IMG/VR virus record: IMGVR_UViG_3300042934_000980 | Location: 156,496-220,495 of that record | Length of the DNA: 64,000 nucleotides | Reading direction: 5' to 3' (one strand) | Part shown: one piece after another, positions 24,720 through 34,064 of the stretch | Numbering within the stretch: position 1 is the stretch's first letter | Layout of the letters: each line of letters starts with the position of its first letter | Translations under genes and position numbers: made by a program | Notes under the pieces: model-generated | What the model was told of the DNA's origin: nothing | The model's database searches: none | What the model saw: the letters and a program-made list of their open reading frames with translations, nothing else

Positions 24720-25265
24720 TCAGTCATCCTTTTCAGGTTTGGGTGGGGGTTGCTTCTTTACCGCCTTGGGGAGTTTAAACACTTGGATCTTGCCCCCGGT
24801 ATGAGGATCCATGTCCTTGGCCAGTTTAATGGCCCCTTTAGCACCCTTACCTAAGCGCAGCGCAGCTTCGGCGTGAATGCCACCTGACCCGATACCAAAG
24901 GGGACGTAACACCGTGTTACGTTGAAGGTGTCGGGGACGTTAGCCCCTTGCTTGTAACTGCCCTGTATCGACCACCCATTATGAAACTCATCGATCACAA
25001 TGGCTGAAAAGCTCATCTTGGTCGCGATCTTAAGTTCAGTGCGGTGAGTGATCCCTTCTTTGCTTTGCAAGGCTTCTTTAATGAAAAGCTCACAACCTGG
25101 CTGCCCTGCCCGTCCAAAGGCAATCACTCGCTGGCCCATGATTTTCCATTCTTCCCCGACCTCAGGAAAAAGGATCTTCCTTACCGTGGCATTGGAAATA
25201 ATCCCGCCACGCACCCGACGTGAATCGGAAGCGAGTTTGCCTTTTGTCCAAATAACTGTAGTCAT
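24720..25265 (-). CDS. Ntn-hydrolase (HslV/proteasome-beta-like) peptidase
   Basis: N-terminal MTT, LASDSR, RKI, GIGSGG and D.HTGG motifs. Confidence 0.75.
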   Translation of the reverse strand: MTTVIWTKGKLASDSRRVRGGIISNATVRKILFPEVGEEWKIMGQRVIAFGRAGQPGCELFIKEALQSKEGITHRTELKIATKMSFSAIVIDEFHNGWSIQGSYKQGANVPDTFNVTRCYVPFGIGSGGIHAEAALRLGKGAKGAIKLAKDMDPHTGGKIQVFKLPKAVKKQPPPKPEKDD

Positions 25266-25702
25266 AGGTCGTCTTCTCTATCCCAGTGTTCGTCGTCCAG
25301 CGATTCCATTTCTTCACGGTCGCGGTCGATCTCTTGTTGATCTCGCAGCAACCGATCCTTGTGCCGGGCTTCTTGTTGACAGCCTTTGCAGATACGCATG
25401 CGGATCCGTTCGTACTCAGGAGTGCCTGGGTCGTACGGGGTGTAGGTTACAGTCTGACTGCGCGGAAACTCACCCCCGCAGTCGTGGCACGTGGTCGGCT
25501 CTTCCCGCTTCTCCACCACGAACTTCTCGTAGCAGGGCTTGCACATCAGGTACATCTCAGAGCCGAACGAATCGTGCTCAGACGAATGCCCGAACACTTC
25601 ACCCCCATTGTCCAAGTGTTCGCAGTGACCGCCCTCGCAAACATTCCCATCCATGACAAACCCAACTTCTTTGTGGGTCAAGCCAAAGGTAGTCCAACCC
25701 AT
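25262..25702 (-). CDS. Cys/His metal-binding protein with extra CxxC...CxxC finger
   Basis: HCEHL..LMCKPCYE plus CHDC and CKGC; start placed at MGWTT (ORF-track extension overlaps 25704..26072). Confidence 0.75.
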   Translation of the reverse strand: MGWTTFGLTHKEVGFVMDGNVCEGGHCEHLDNGGEVFGHSSEHDSFGSEMYLMCKPCYEKFVVEKREEPTTCHDCGGEFPRSQTVTYTPYDPGTPEYERIRMRICKGCQQEARHKDRLLRDQQEIDRDREEMESLDDEHWDREDDL

Positions 25703-25703
25703 A

Positions 25704-26072
25704 TCAGTGCACTCCTTTGGGAGCTGAGTGGAGCATGGCAGGGGCGGTGACTTTGATCGAGCGCAGGTAATCTTCAGCCTGCACGTCAGCCGGGTGGAAT
25801 TCGTTGAGCAGGTCGCAAACAAACTTGCCGATCTCTTGTTGCTGCACCGGATTGCCCTCGCGGTCAACAATAGCCGGTTTACCCGTGGCTTTGTCGGTAC
25901 CCCGAAAGTACACGTCCCGGTACGCGTCAATCCGCTTACCCAAGCGCTTTTGGAAATTGGCCAGAAACGTTGCGGCGTCCTGATCACCTGCTTTGGCGCG
26001 TTCGTTGAGCTGGTTAAGCAGCCGGATGGTTGCAACTTCCAACGGGGAAAGGATGTTCTTGAAATGGTCCAT
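25704..26072 (-). CDS. hypothetical protein
   Basis: 122 aa, AGGAG SD. Confidence 0.75.
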   Translation of the reverse strand: MDHFKNILSPLEVATIRLLNQLNERAKAGDQDAATFLANFQKRLGKRIDAYRDVYFRGTDKATGKPAIVDREGNPVQQQEIGKFVCDLLNEFHPADVQAEDYLRSIKVTAPAMLHSAPKGVH

Positions 26073-26125
26073 GGTACTTCTCCTACCAATACGGCGCTCA
26101 TTTTGAGCTTAGGTTAATAACACCC

Positions 26126-26353
26126 TTACAAATATAAGGGCTGGTGGTCGGCAATGAGGGTGTTGCCTTTACGGATCAAGGTTTCACCCACGGTTAGCCC
26201 GTCGATAACCCCTTTGATGTGGAACCGTTTACTTCCGTGCACCAGGAGGAAATCCCTCTTCCGGACTGATGTCACTTTGAAGATACTGTAAGTCTTTAGG
26301 AGACAGTACTCTTCGGTCTTCAGCGTCAGGGTTCGACTGGGCATCGAGATCAT
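26126..26353 (-). CDS. possible small protein overlapping 3' end of 26229..26750
   Basis: 75-aa ORF filling a gap but with 125-nt overlap. Confidence 0.4.
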   Translation of the reverse strand: MISMPSRTLTLKTEEYCLLKTYSIFKVTSVRKRDFLLVHGSKRFHIKGVIDGLTVGETLIRKGNTLIADHQPLYL

Positions 26354-26750
26354 CCGTCTTGATCATCGACGAGCATTGGGTGTACAGCGACTTGTCCATG
26401 AACCCTGCATCAGAGTCCATTTCGTAATGGCTGATGCCGATGTTGGTCACCCCATGATCGTCTTTGTAGAGATAAAGGATCCGCGAATCTTGCTCCAGGT
26501 AATAGGTGGTAGCAAGCCCCGCTAACCCCACACTGGCCGGATCGACCGTGGTGAACACCTTGTCGCGAAACACCACACTGCCGGTGCCCAGCAAGAACAC
26601 GTTGGTGCGCTCGTGGGTGTTGATGTTGTGGAAGTTGTCCGGGTTATTGGTGTAACCCACCTGACTGCAGACAATGGCGTCCACCGAAGACTGGGCCAGC
26701 GCTGGAGCTGCCAGCAGCAACCCCAGGGCCCCTGCGATCAAAGCTTTCAT
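26229..26750 (-). CDS. exported (signal-peptide) protein
   Basis: MKALIAGALGLLLAAPALA-Q signal peptide; two Cys at ends of mature domain. Confidence 0.75.
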   Translation of the reverse strand: MKALIAGALGLLLAAPALAQSSVDAIVCSQVGYTNNPDNFHNINTHERTNVFLLGTGSVVFRDKVFTTVDPASVGLAGLATTYYLEQDSRILYLYKDDHGVTNIGISHYEMDSDAGFMDKSLYTQCSSMIKTDDLDAQSNPDAEDRRVLSPKDLQYLQSDISPEEGFPPGARK

Positions 26751-27280
26751 GCACATGCTCCTTCAACAGCGTTGGAGAATTCGATCTGTTCGATCTGGGT
26801 CAGGTGGTCCGCCATGGCCTGGCGGAACTCTTCGATCTTTTCCTCGAAGCTGCCGGTGGTGTGGTCGACCCGGGTCACGTCCCAGCTGATGGCCATGTCA
26901 AACAGCCCCTCGCCAAAGATCTTGAGGTTCAGGGTGCCGTCTTTGCACACCGCATGAAAGTACATGGGCTTTTCTTGGCACAATACCTTGCTGTACGGGT
27001 ACGCCATGTTACCGCGTGCCCACAGCTGCACATCTTCCAGCACATCGATCTGTTCCAGAAGGTCTTGCTGGTAGTTCTTCAGCTTCTTGGTGACTTCCCA
27101 CATCGGGACGCCCTTTACCGGGATGCGCACTTCGTTCTTCCAGCGCCCCCACTGACCGAAGTCAAAGTCCAGCTCAAACCACAACTCTCCCAGCCGGTTA
27201 CGATTACCGCGAGACAGAATAACAACATTACGCAGCGGAAACGAATCAGCCAGTTTACGATTTTGGAATAGAACAGCCAT
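26747..27280 (-). CDS. hypothetical protein
   Basis: AGGAG SD before MAVLF. Confidence 0.75.
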   Translation of the reverse strand: MAVLFQNRKLADSFPLRNVVILSRGNRNRLGELWFELDFDFGQWGRWKNEVRIPVKGVPMWEVTKKLKNYQQDLLEQIDVLEDVQLWARGNMAYPYSKVLCQEKPMYFHAVCKDGTLNLKIFGEGLFDMAISWDVTRVDHTTGSFEEKIEEFRQAMADHLTQIEQIEFSNAVEGACA

Positions 27281-27343
27281 GGGTACAACTCCTAGTTTTT
27301 CAAAGACTCCAATAGTCCCTGGTAAAAGGTAAAACACAACGGG

Positions 27344-27616
27344 TTATTGACCACCTCTTAGTTTGAAAGAGATGGCGTCGAGCTCGTTCACAGAGTACGC
27401 ACCATTAAGAACGATGTGCCTTGGGTCTTCATGCGGGGCATGCCGGCCCAAATCCTCCGAATCATAATGGTGCGCTTTTTCTGCGACTTCCACACGAACC
27501 ACCGCCACTAACCCCTCTTGTCTCAGCAAGGCGCTGATCTTTTTAAAGAGGGACTCGTTTAAAGAACCATCAAGACCTGTTATCGTGATGGTGTTCTCTG
27601 GGGCTAGTTCAGACAT
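27344..27616 (-). CDS. hypothetical (early) protein
   Basis: 90 aa, GGAGG SD, TATATTAC upstream. Confidence 0.75.
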   Translation of the reverse strand: MSELAPENTITITGLDGSLNESLFKKISALLRQEGLVAVVRVEVAEKAHHYDSEDLGRHAPHEDPRHIVLNGAYSVNELDAISFKLRGGQ

Positions 27617-27663
27617 TGATCCTCCTGGATCTACTACTTATCGGCTATTGCCTATACCCCCTG

Positions 27664-27671
27664 GTAATATA
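27664..27671 (-). promoter_or_regulatory. early promoter core TATATTAC
   Basis: exact motif, intergenic. Confidence 0.7.
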
Positions 27672-27691
27672 GGTTTGAAAACAACTGTAAC

Positions 27692-28132
27692 TCAATTGAT
27701 TTCAGTCATGCCGATGGTGATGGGAATGAACCCCAGGGATTGGTAAAACAATTGAGCCTCTTTGTTGTTGATCACGGTGTTGACCCGGGCAGAGCCCGAA
27801 ATCATCTCCTTGATCTGGCGCACCAGTTCCTTACCAATGCCTTGTCGCCGCCGTTCCTCGATGACGTACAACCCAGAGATGCAACCTGGGTCGCGCTTGG
27901 TCGTACAGATAAAGCCTAAGAGCTTGGTGTTCTCTATGGCCAGTGCCAGCTTACCCACTTGCATGTAAGCGGTGGTCGCTGCGGCCACCAGTTGCTCATC
28001 GGTCATCTCAACCCGGTCCAGTAAGTGGAACCGGTCCTCATTACCCAGTTTGATGAACAGCTCCTTTAAGCCATGGGTTTTGGGGTAGTCGGAATGGGGG
28101 TTGACAACAGGCAGTTTAACGTAATGAATCAT
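27692..28132 (-). CDS. GNAT family acetyltransferase
   Basis: LYVIEERRRQGIGKEL (motif A) and NKEAQLFYQSLGF (motif B). Confidence 0.9.
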   Translation of the reverse strand: MIHYVKLPVVNPHSDYPKTHGLKELFIKLGNEDRFHLLDRVEMTDEQLVAAATTAYMQVGKLALAIENTKLLGFICTTKRDPGCISGLYVIEERRRQGIGKELVRQIKEMISGSARVNTVINNKEAQLFYQSLGFIPITIGMTEIN

Positions 28133-28218
28133 GGTGAGACTCCTTGTTTTACACACCTAACAACCCAAGGACCTAACGGCCCCTGAGTCGTCATAACGGA
28201 TGGAGGATGGGGTTTAAT

Positions 28219-29505
28219 TTAAGAGACCAGTTCGAGCACAGGTCTCCAGCCAATGTCAGCGTTGACGTTGGTGGCAACGGTAACAAAGTAGTTGTTGATG
28301 CTGCGGCGCAGCACCACGTAGCCGCTGGCGGCGGCGTTGGACTGGTTACGGGTACTGGTCTCGTAACACAAGGTGGAAGCACCGTTGGCGTACGTTCCAG
28401 AGCTTACTACCGCGCCCAATTCAGCGTCGGTAAAGGCTGCCCATTTCTTGCCGTTGCTGGGTTGGCTGGCGCTGATGTTCTGGAACAACCGGGTCCACTC
28501 GGAGTTCAGGGTGCCGGGTGGGTTGGTGGTGTTGTGGTTGGCTGTGGCAGGGTCGGCATCAGCACCTTTGATACAGCGCACGTTGTAGGTCTTACCAGCA
28601 ATGACCACTTGCTTGGTGCCTTTGGTCAACCCTAGGGCATTGAGCTGGTTCCAGCTTAGCCCGTAACGGAATGGCTTCTTGGCCACCAGCAAGGTCTTGC
28701 CTTCCTGGGTTTGGAACTTAAGCCAGCCGGCGTCGGTGTTGGTGGCTGTACCGTTGGTCAATCCCACGGCCGTGGTCAGGTCGGCGTTACTGATCAGGTC
28801 AGCAGGGGCCACTTCACCTTGGTAGGAATCCCCCGCGTAAGGGTCAGGCCCCAAGTACTCCAGCACCGGACGCCACGCAGGTTCTTTGGAGTTGTTGGTC
28901 AGCAGTGTCACGTAGTAGTTAAGGATGCCTTTATACCCACGCACCACGCCGTACCCGGTGGCGGCCTCGTTGCTTTGCCCGATGGAAGATTTGTTACTCA
29001 CCCACGTGGAACTGGCAGTGGCACCGTTTACAGTCCCCAGATCGGCCTCTGTAAATTGCGCCCAGTTACGGCTGGCCGGGTTGGCCACGCAAACGTTTTC
29101 CAGCAATCGGTTCCATTCCGAGGCATCGGTGCCTACCGGGTTACTGGTGTCGTGCACCGCAGAGGAAGGGTCCTCATCAGCACCGGTCATGATCCGTACC
29201 AAGTACTGGCTGTTGCCAATGTTGACCTTGGCGTTGCCGTTGATCAGATCCAGCGCCAGCAGGTTGTTGTAAGACACCGCTGAACGGAACGGTCTTTTGG
29301 CAATGTGAAGGGTCTTGCCCTCCTCGGTCGTAAATTTAAGCCAGGTGGCTGTAGCGTTAGCCACTGCCCCGGCGCTTAGTCCAACCAACGCGGTAAGGTC
29401 AGCGTTGGTGATTAAATCTGTCGCGGCAATCTCGCCCAAGTAGGTGTCGTTATAGACCCGCCTGGCAGGAGTGTTGTGCGCTGAAAACAACATGGCTTCA
29501 AGCAT
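28219..29505 (-). CDS. putative virion protein with internal domain duplication
   Basis: two ~200-aa repeats (Y.GE.A..DLI.NADLT..VGL...WLKF.T.EGKTL..AK.PFR...SEW.RL...W..FT.A.LG...WRPVLE); MLEAML N-terminus. Confidence 0.8.
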   Translation of the reverse strand: MLEAMLFSAHNTPARRVYNDTYLGEIAATDLITNADLTALVGLSAGAVANATATWLKFTTEEGKTLHIAKRPFRSAVSYNNLLALDLINGNAKVNIGNSQYLVRIMTGADEDPSSAVHDTSNPVGTDASEWNRLLENVCVANPASRNWAQFTEADLGTVNGATASSTWVSNKSSIGQSNEAATGYGVVRGYKGILNYYVTLLTNNSKEPAWRPVLEYLGPDPYAGDSYQGEVAPADLISNADLTTAVGLTNGTATNTDAGWLKFQTQEGKTLLVAKKPFRYGLSWNQLNALGLTKGTKQVVIAGKTYNVRCIKGADADPATANHNTTNPPGTLNSEWTRLFQNISASQPSNGKKWAAFTDAELGAVVSSGTYANGASTLCYETSTRNQSNAAASGYVVLRRSINNYFVTVATNVNADIGWRPVLELVS

Positions 29506-29595
29506 GATGTTAGCCTTGGCAAGATAAGTTAAGAGACGAAAGAAATGGGTTATTCCCTCGAAGACACGCTATAAAATCTGAAACAAAAAAAAATA

Positions 29596-29638
29596 ACTAC
29601 TCCAGCAGCCAAGGCGTTAGCCCGGCTGCTGGAGTAGT
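29596..29638 (-). terminator. terminator hairpin
   Basis: 15-bp stem ACTACTCCAGCAGCC/GGCTGCTGGAGTAGT with long T tail on minus strand. Confidence 0.85.
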
Positions 29639-29651
29639 GGTTGGTTACGAT

Positions 29652-31607
29652 TTAGTCGAGACTAACAATCCCTTTCTTCAAGGTAAACCCGAAGAACTCC
29701 CGAACAGCTGGATCTTTGGGCATGGGTACCATAAACCGCATGGCCCTGCCGAAGTAATCGCTGTCAGGTTTGACCATCACCACCAGATTGTCCAGGTTAC
29801 CCCCGGCGTTCTGGAAGTGCTCGATCGCCCCTGCCTTGTCCGCCTCGTTTGCAACAACCATTACGGCTTGCCACTGCGAGGTACGGGTCAGGTGATGGAC
29901 CAACCCCACACACGCCGGCGGAATCTGTTCGTCCGTGTACAGCAACGGAAGCACCAATTCCTCGGTCGTCATTTCCAGATCACCCTCAGGGAAACGCTCA
30001 GCGCCCAGGTAGTTGCCCCGCTTTGTGCAGGTATGAACAAAGCCCTGACCTTGGGTGTCGACCGACCGATGGTAAATCTTTGTCCGGTCTGTATCGGAGA
30101 CGATCAACGTGCTGAGGTAGAAGCGACCTTCCGGCAGAATGGGTGGGTTCAGGTCAAACCCTGGCGGGATCACCGTATCACCCGGCGCCAATTCCATTGC
30201 TTTGAGATCCTTCACCAACCGAACACCGAAGTGTTTAGTCCAGCCTTCTGCCGTGGACAGCTCTTTAGCCCCGTCCAGCTTTTTCCAACGTTGCATTTCT
30301 CCGTAAGGGGAAGCTTTCAAACCACCCGGCAACAGCGACTTTTCAGCACTGCGGCTTTCGGAGCCTGAGAAAAGGTCTACCCCTTTGAGATTGGCAGCCA
30401 GGTTGCCCAAGATACTGCCCCCGGTTCCACGCTGAGCTTGTTCATCGCGCATGGTTTCCATGCGTTCGACCAGAACAGCACTGAGGTCCCGATCGGTAAA
30501 GCCACGCAATTGAGCATCCAGCTCTGGGCCAAACGGAGTACCGTTTTGACGCCATTTTGCGATCTCTAACAACTGGTCGGTGTCAAGGTCACGCAACACT
30601 GTCAGATTTTTCTGAGACACGTTACCGCCTGGCGCATCAGTCAGGATAAACCTTGACAACGGTTCACCAGTGATGTCTCGCGCAATGAGGTGATCTAGCG
30701 GTACCAGTGGCTTGGCGGTGTTGAGGTATGTGCCAGCCTCCGCAACCATGCCGCCGACAGGTGCTGAGAAGATGTTAGAATCAACATCCGTCATGCCCCG
30801 CCCCGGAAGGATGACTTGACGCAGTTGATTCACCTGAACCAGCTCGATATTAGGGATCGGGGCATCAGGTAACTTCGCCACCAGTTCCCGCACCCGCGCC
30901 GCGAACAACAGAGCTTCCAGCTCTTTGGTGTTAAGGTAGCCCTCCACGTAGTAGGTACCATCTACTTGGTCGTAATACCTGTCACGCTGTCCAGTGACTG
31001 ATTCCTCAGCCTCTTTGATCGTCTTGAACTCTGGCAGACCACGGGATGGGTCGGTTTCCAGCATTTTGTGCACTGCACTTTTAAGCGCTTCACGCATGGC
31101 TTCAGAAGTCAGTTCGTGATGGTCTTCAACCGTTTGGTACGCGAACAGTACCTGGTTGATGATCGCTTTGCCCTTGATGAAGCCAGAGCCCGTGTCGGTA
31201 CCGTAGGTGGATTCGTACCAATCACACCAGTCCGGATTGACCGTCAGGATGCGCCCTTCATCACCCGCCATAGCCAGCTCAGGCATCTCAGACACGCCGT
31301 GAGATGGCATCCCTGGGTAACGCCCTTCTGCTACCGCCAAACGCCGTGAGAGCCAACGCAGACGCTCCTTGACCGCGGTCATGATGGCGATCTTGGGAAG
31401 GCCCTCGATATGACCCATCATGACTGCCAGTTCGGCGTTCATATCACGGTCGTAGTTCATGAAGGCGTAGTTGGCCAGCTCATCATCACTGAGGTCAGCC
31501 GCTGGCAAATCTTCCCGCGGGCGGTTCAAGTAGTGAGCGAAGTCGTCGTCACGACCTTCGACCAACCAACGCATATCTACAACCGGTTGTTTATCTTTAA
31601 AAGGCAT
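29652..31607 (-). CDS. multidomain hypothetical protein
   Basis: 651 aa; N-terminal DLSDDELAN..TAVKERLRWLSRRL segment looks like a phage/prophage module fused to unrelated domains. Confidence 0.8.
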   Translation of the reverse strand: MPFKDKQPVVDMRWLVEGRDDDFAHYLNRPREDLPAADLSDDELANYAFMNYDRDMNAELAVMMGHIEGLPKIAIMTAVKERLRWLSRRLAVAEGRYPGMPSHGVSEMPELAMAGDEGRILTVNPDWCDWYESTYGTDTGSGFIKGKAIINQVLFAYQTVEDHHELTSEAMREALKSAVHKMLETDPSRGLPEFKTIKEAEESVTGQRDRYYDQVDGTYYVEGYLNTKELEALLFAARVRELVAKLPDAPIPNIELVQVNQLRQVILPGRGMTDVDSNIFSAPVGGMVAEAGTYLNTAKPLVPLDHLIARDITGEPLSRFILTDAPGGNVSQKNLTVLRDLDTDQLLEIAKWRQNGTPFGPELDAQLRGFTDRDLSAVLVERMETMRDEQAQRGTGGSILGNLAANLKGVDLFSGSESRSAEKSLLPGGLKASPYGEMQRWKKLDGAKELSTAEGWTKHFGVRLVKDLKAMELAPGDTVIPPGFDLNPPILPEGRFYLSTLIVSDTDRTKIYHRSVDTQGQGFVHTCTKRGNYLGAERFPEGDLEMTTEELVLPLLYTDEQIPPACVGLVHHLTRTSQWQAVMVVANEADKAGAIEHFQNAGGNLDNLVVMVKPDSDYFGRAMRFMVPMPKDPAVREFFGFTLKKGIVSLD

Positions 31608-31630
31608 GGCTAGTTTCCTACAAAGTTAGG

Positions 31631-31873
31631 TTATTTTGAATAGATCGCGGACGCGACATCGTTGCACTTTTTGATAATGTCCGGAGTCTGTTCTTTGCTT
31701 TCTTTCAAGCAGCGCTCCACCACGTGGGCGTGCGCTTGCTGTTTACGTTGCTGCAGGTGGTTGTCAAACAGCAGGGAGGCCACTGCCACCAGCACCCCCG
31801 CCACACCTGCAATAAGAGCGCGTCGAATATACAGCTTAGTTCGATTGCGCTCAGAACCCTTGCCATCAGTCAT
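31631..31873 (-). CDS. small single-pass membrane protein
   Basis: TM helix then CxxxxxxxxxxxxxC segment. Confidence 0.7.
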   Translation of the reverse strand: MTDGKGSERNRTKLYIRRALIAGVAGVLVAVASLLFDNHLQQRKQQAHAHVVERCLKESKEQTPDIIKKCNDVASAIYSK

Positions 31874-32342
31874 CCGTACATTTCCCGAGAACGATCAGAC
31901 GTTTCGCAGCGCCCGGCACCACAGCAGCCCCTGGACGCTGCACCTTGGTTTCTTCAAATTCGTAAATGATGAAATACGGGTTGCCTTCACCGCCGTCCTT
32001 TTTGAGGATCAACGTGGTAGGGTCGCCCGCCATACCGGCTGCCGAACCCATATTGGAGTTCGTCAGTTCTTTTTTGTACGCGTACACCGCACCTGGACGA
32101 ATGGTGAACCCCATCAATGTCTGCACCACACGGGTAGTAGCCATGATGGGGGCATTGTCCGTGACCGTCTTGTCGTTGACGATCCTGTTACTGGTGTAGG
32201 CTTTGCAGGTGTAGGTGATCTCTTTGTGGCTGGAGAGCACCTCATCCTGTGGCATCACCCAGCCCGACTCGCCCGAACGCGGCGACACCGCATAAGCCGA
32301 AAAGGACAGCACCACCAACAGCAACAGACTCAAACGTTTCAT
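31866..32342 (-). CDS. exported (signal-peptide) protein
   Basis: MKRLSLLLLVVLSFSAYA signal peptide; Cys near both ends of mature domain. Confidence 0.8.
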   Translation of the reverse strand: MKRLSLLLLVVLSFSAYAVSPRSGESGWVMPQDEVLSSHKEITYTCKAYTSNRIVNDKTVTDNAPIMATTRVVQTLMGFTIRPGAVYAYKKELTNSNMGSAAGMAGDPTTLILKKDGGEGNPYFIIYEFEETKVQRPGAAVVPGAAKRLIVLGKCTDD

Positions 32343-32416
32343 TGTGTATCTCCTGATAATTTACAATGGTGTAATTTGATACACTCTAATGATGTAGACT
32401 TATACCGATCTACAGA

Positions 32417-33004
32417 TCAATTTCTGACTTGCGTCACGAACTTGTATGTCCCAAGCCATACCCGTTCATTGGTCTGCTGATCGATTTTGGAACGCACCAC
32501 TTCCACCGTCTTGATGTGCCGGCGGTTGATCTTGTCCGTCGTGAAGGACACTTGGTGGCAATGAAGAAACCCTGGCTTGGCTTCTTCTGGCTCCAAGGCG
32601 TAGGGAATCCCGAACCGTTCCATGGTGTCATCGCAGTGGTGCAAGCTATAGGTTTTAGCCGTTTCGCGCACCCCTGCGTAACCCAACCCAAACAGCCCCG
32701 AGATACGGGGCTGCAAGGTGGCCGGTAAGGTGAGTCCAAAGCAATCGGTCCGCCCCTCATCCACCGCTGCTTTGCGCATGTCAGTGTAAGGGGTCAACGG
32801 AGTGCCTACGTACACGTCCAAGCCTTCTGGCAGCTTGGAGACGACGTCATGCAGGCTGGCCACCCACTGCACCCCAGAACGCAACGTATCAAAGTCTACG
32901 TTGTTACTGGCAGCCAGCAGCAAACCTGAAAGCTTGGTGTACTCGTATTCGTAACTTGCAGCGGTGTCAAGAATACGTGCCTCTTCACGGGTCAAGTACT
33001 TCAT
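32417..33004 (-). CDS. hypothetical protein
   Basis: 195 aa, ATGA overlap. Confidence 0.7.
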   Translation of the reverse strand: MKYLTREEARILDTAASYEYEYTKLSGLLLAASNNVDFDTLRSGVQWVASLHDVVSKLPEGLDVYVGTPLTPYTDMRKAAVDEGRTDCFGLTLPATLQPRISGLFGLGYAGVRETAKTYSLHHCDDTMERFGIPYALEPEEAKPGFLHCHQVSFTTDKINRRHIKTVEVVRSKIDQQTNERVWLGTYKFVTQVRN

Positions 33005-33381
33005 GCGCTTTTCCTGTTCAGTAACCAGACGTCTAGTGTCTTGGTGGGTGGAAATACCCGGCCGACCTTGGGGATGGTGTCAAGTCCTAAGCTTACACAC
33101 CCCAGCAGTTGCTTGAGCACGTAGCCAAAGGCCCGATCCCCAAACCACTGGGTGCGGTAAGTGGAGGAGTAGCCGTTGTCCTTGATCTCAGCCATGGGCA
33201 GACCATTGACAATGGCGTCTTCCTCGTCCTCGTCCAAGTCAAAGACTTCGATCCCCTCGATAGGGCCCATCCCGATGACGATACGTACGTCATCGGTGTA
33301 CAGGGTCTTACCTTCATAGCGTGGGCAATACAGTCCTGCCACCACCAACGCCCGAAACAGCTTAGAGATTTCGTCTTCCAT
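33001..33381 (-). CDS. hypothetical protein
   Basis: 126 aa, GGAG SD. Confidence 0.75.
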   Translation of the reverse strand: MEDEISKLFRALVVAGLYCPRYEGKTLYTDDVRIVIGMGPIEGIEVFDLDEDEEDAIVNGLPMAEIKDNGYSSTYRTQWFGDRAFGYVLKQLLGCVSLGLDTIPKVGRVFPPTKTLDVWLLNRKSA

Positions 33382-33392
33382 AACCTTCTCCC

Positions 33393-34049
33393 TTATGCTT
33401 TAAACGAGGTTGCATCACCCGACGCCATCCGGATTAAGCCCACATCGTGAGCCTTCTCCATCTTGATGCCGTTATGCAGCGCATGGAACAAGACCCAACG
33501 CAGGCTTGGAACCCCAGGCAGCGAGGACGTCAGGGGTGGCTCACCCTTGCCAAAGGCGGCCTTGTACTGCTGACGGGTGATCTTGAGGGTCGAACCGATG
33601 ATCATCTCAGCCACTTGGCTGGTGTGTACACGGGCCAGGTTCTCGTCCCGGATCACGGTACTCAGCCAGCTGCGGATCCCCACGTTGCTGCCAGAGGTGG
33701 CAAAGACCGAGGGGTCGCTGTCTTTGATCCGGGCAATCCAGCCGCGGGCGCGGATGTCACTGATAAAGGCAAACAGCCGCTGGCACTGCTGCATGTTTTC
33801 AGCCAAGGCTATCAGCTGATTGCTGGAGTTGCGGTGACGCTCCCCCACGCACTCCACCGAGCTTAGGTAAGTCAAGTGGTCGACCATGTCGTCCAGCTTG
33901 CTCAGGCCTGCAATGATGGCGTCGGTGGCACCAGCGTCGTGCTTGGTCATGTACCAGTCAACCCACTTACCGTTAAGGCTGACAATGGTCGGATCAAAAA
34001 CTGCGGGTTCTTCTTCAATCAAGATGGTGTTGGTGGTGTTCATGTTCAA
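33393..34049 (-). CDS. EPSxF-WxxW family protein
   Basis: EEPAVFD..NGKWVDWY and SLRWVLFH motifs. Confidence 0.75.
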   Translation of the reverse strand: MNMNTTNTILIEEEPAVFDPTIVSLNGKWVDWYMTKHDAGATDAIIAGLSKLDDMVDHLTYLSSVECVGERHRNSSNQLIALAENMQQCQRLFAFISDIRARGWIARIKDSDPSVFATSGSNVGIRSWLSTVIRDENLARVHTSQVAEMIIGSTLKITRQQYKAAFGKGEPPLTSSLPGVPSLRWVLFHALHNGIKMEKAHDVGLIRMASGDATSFKA

Positions 34050-34064
34050 TACCGAAAAGAAAGG

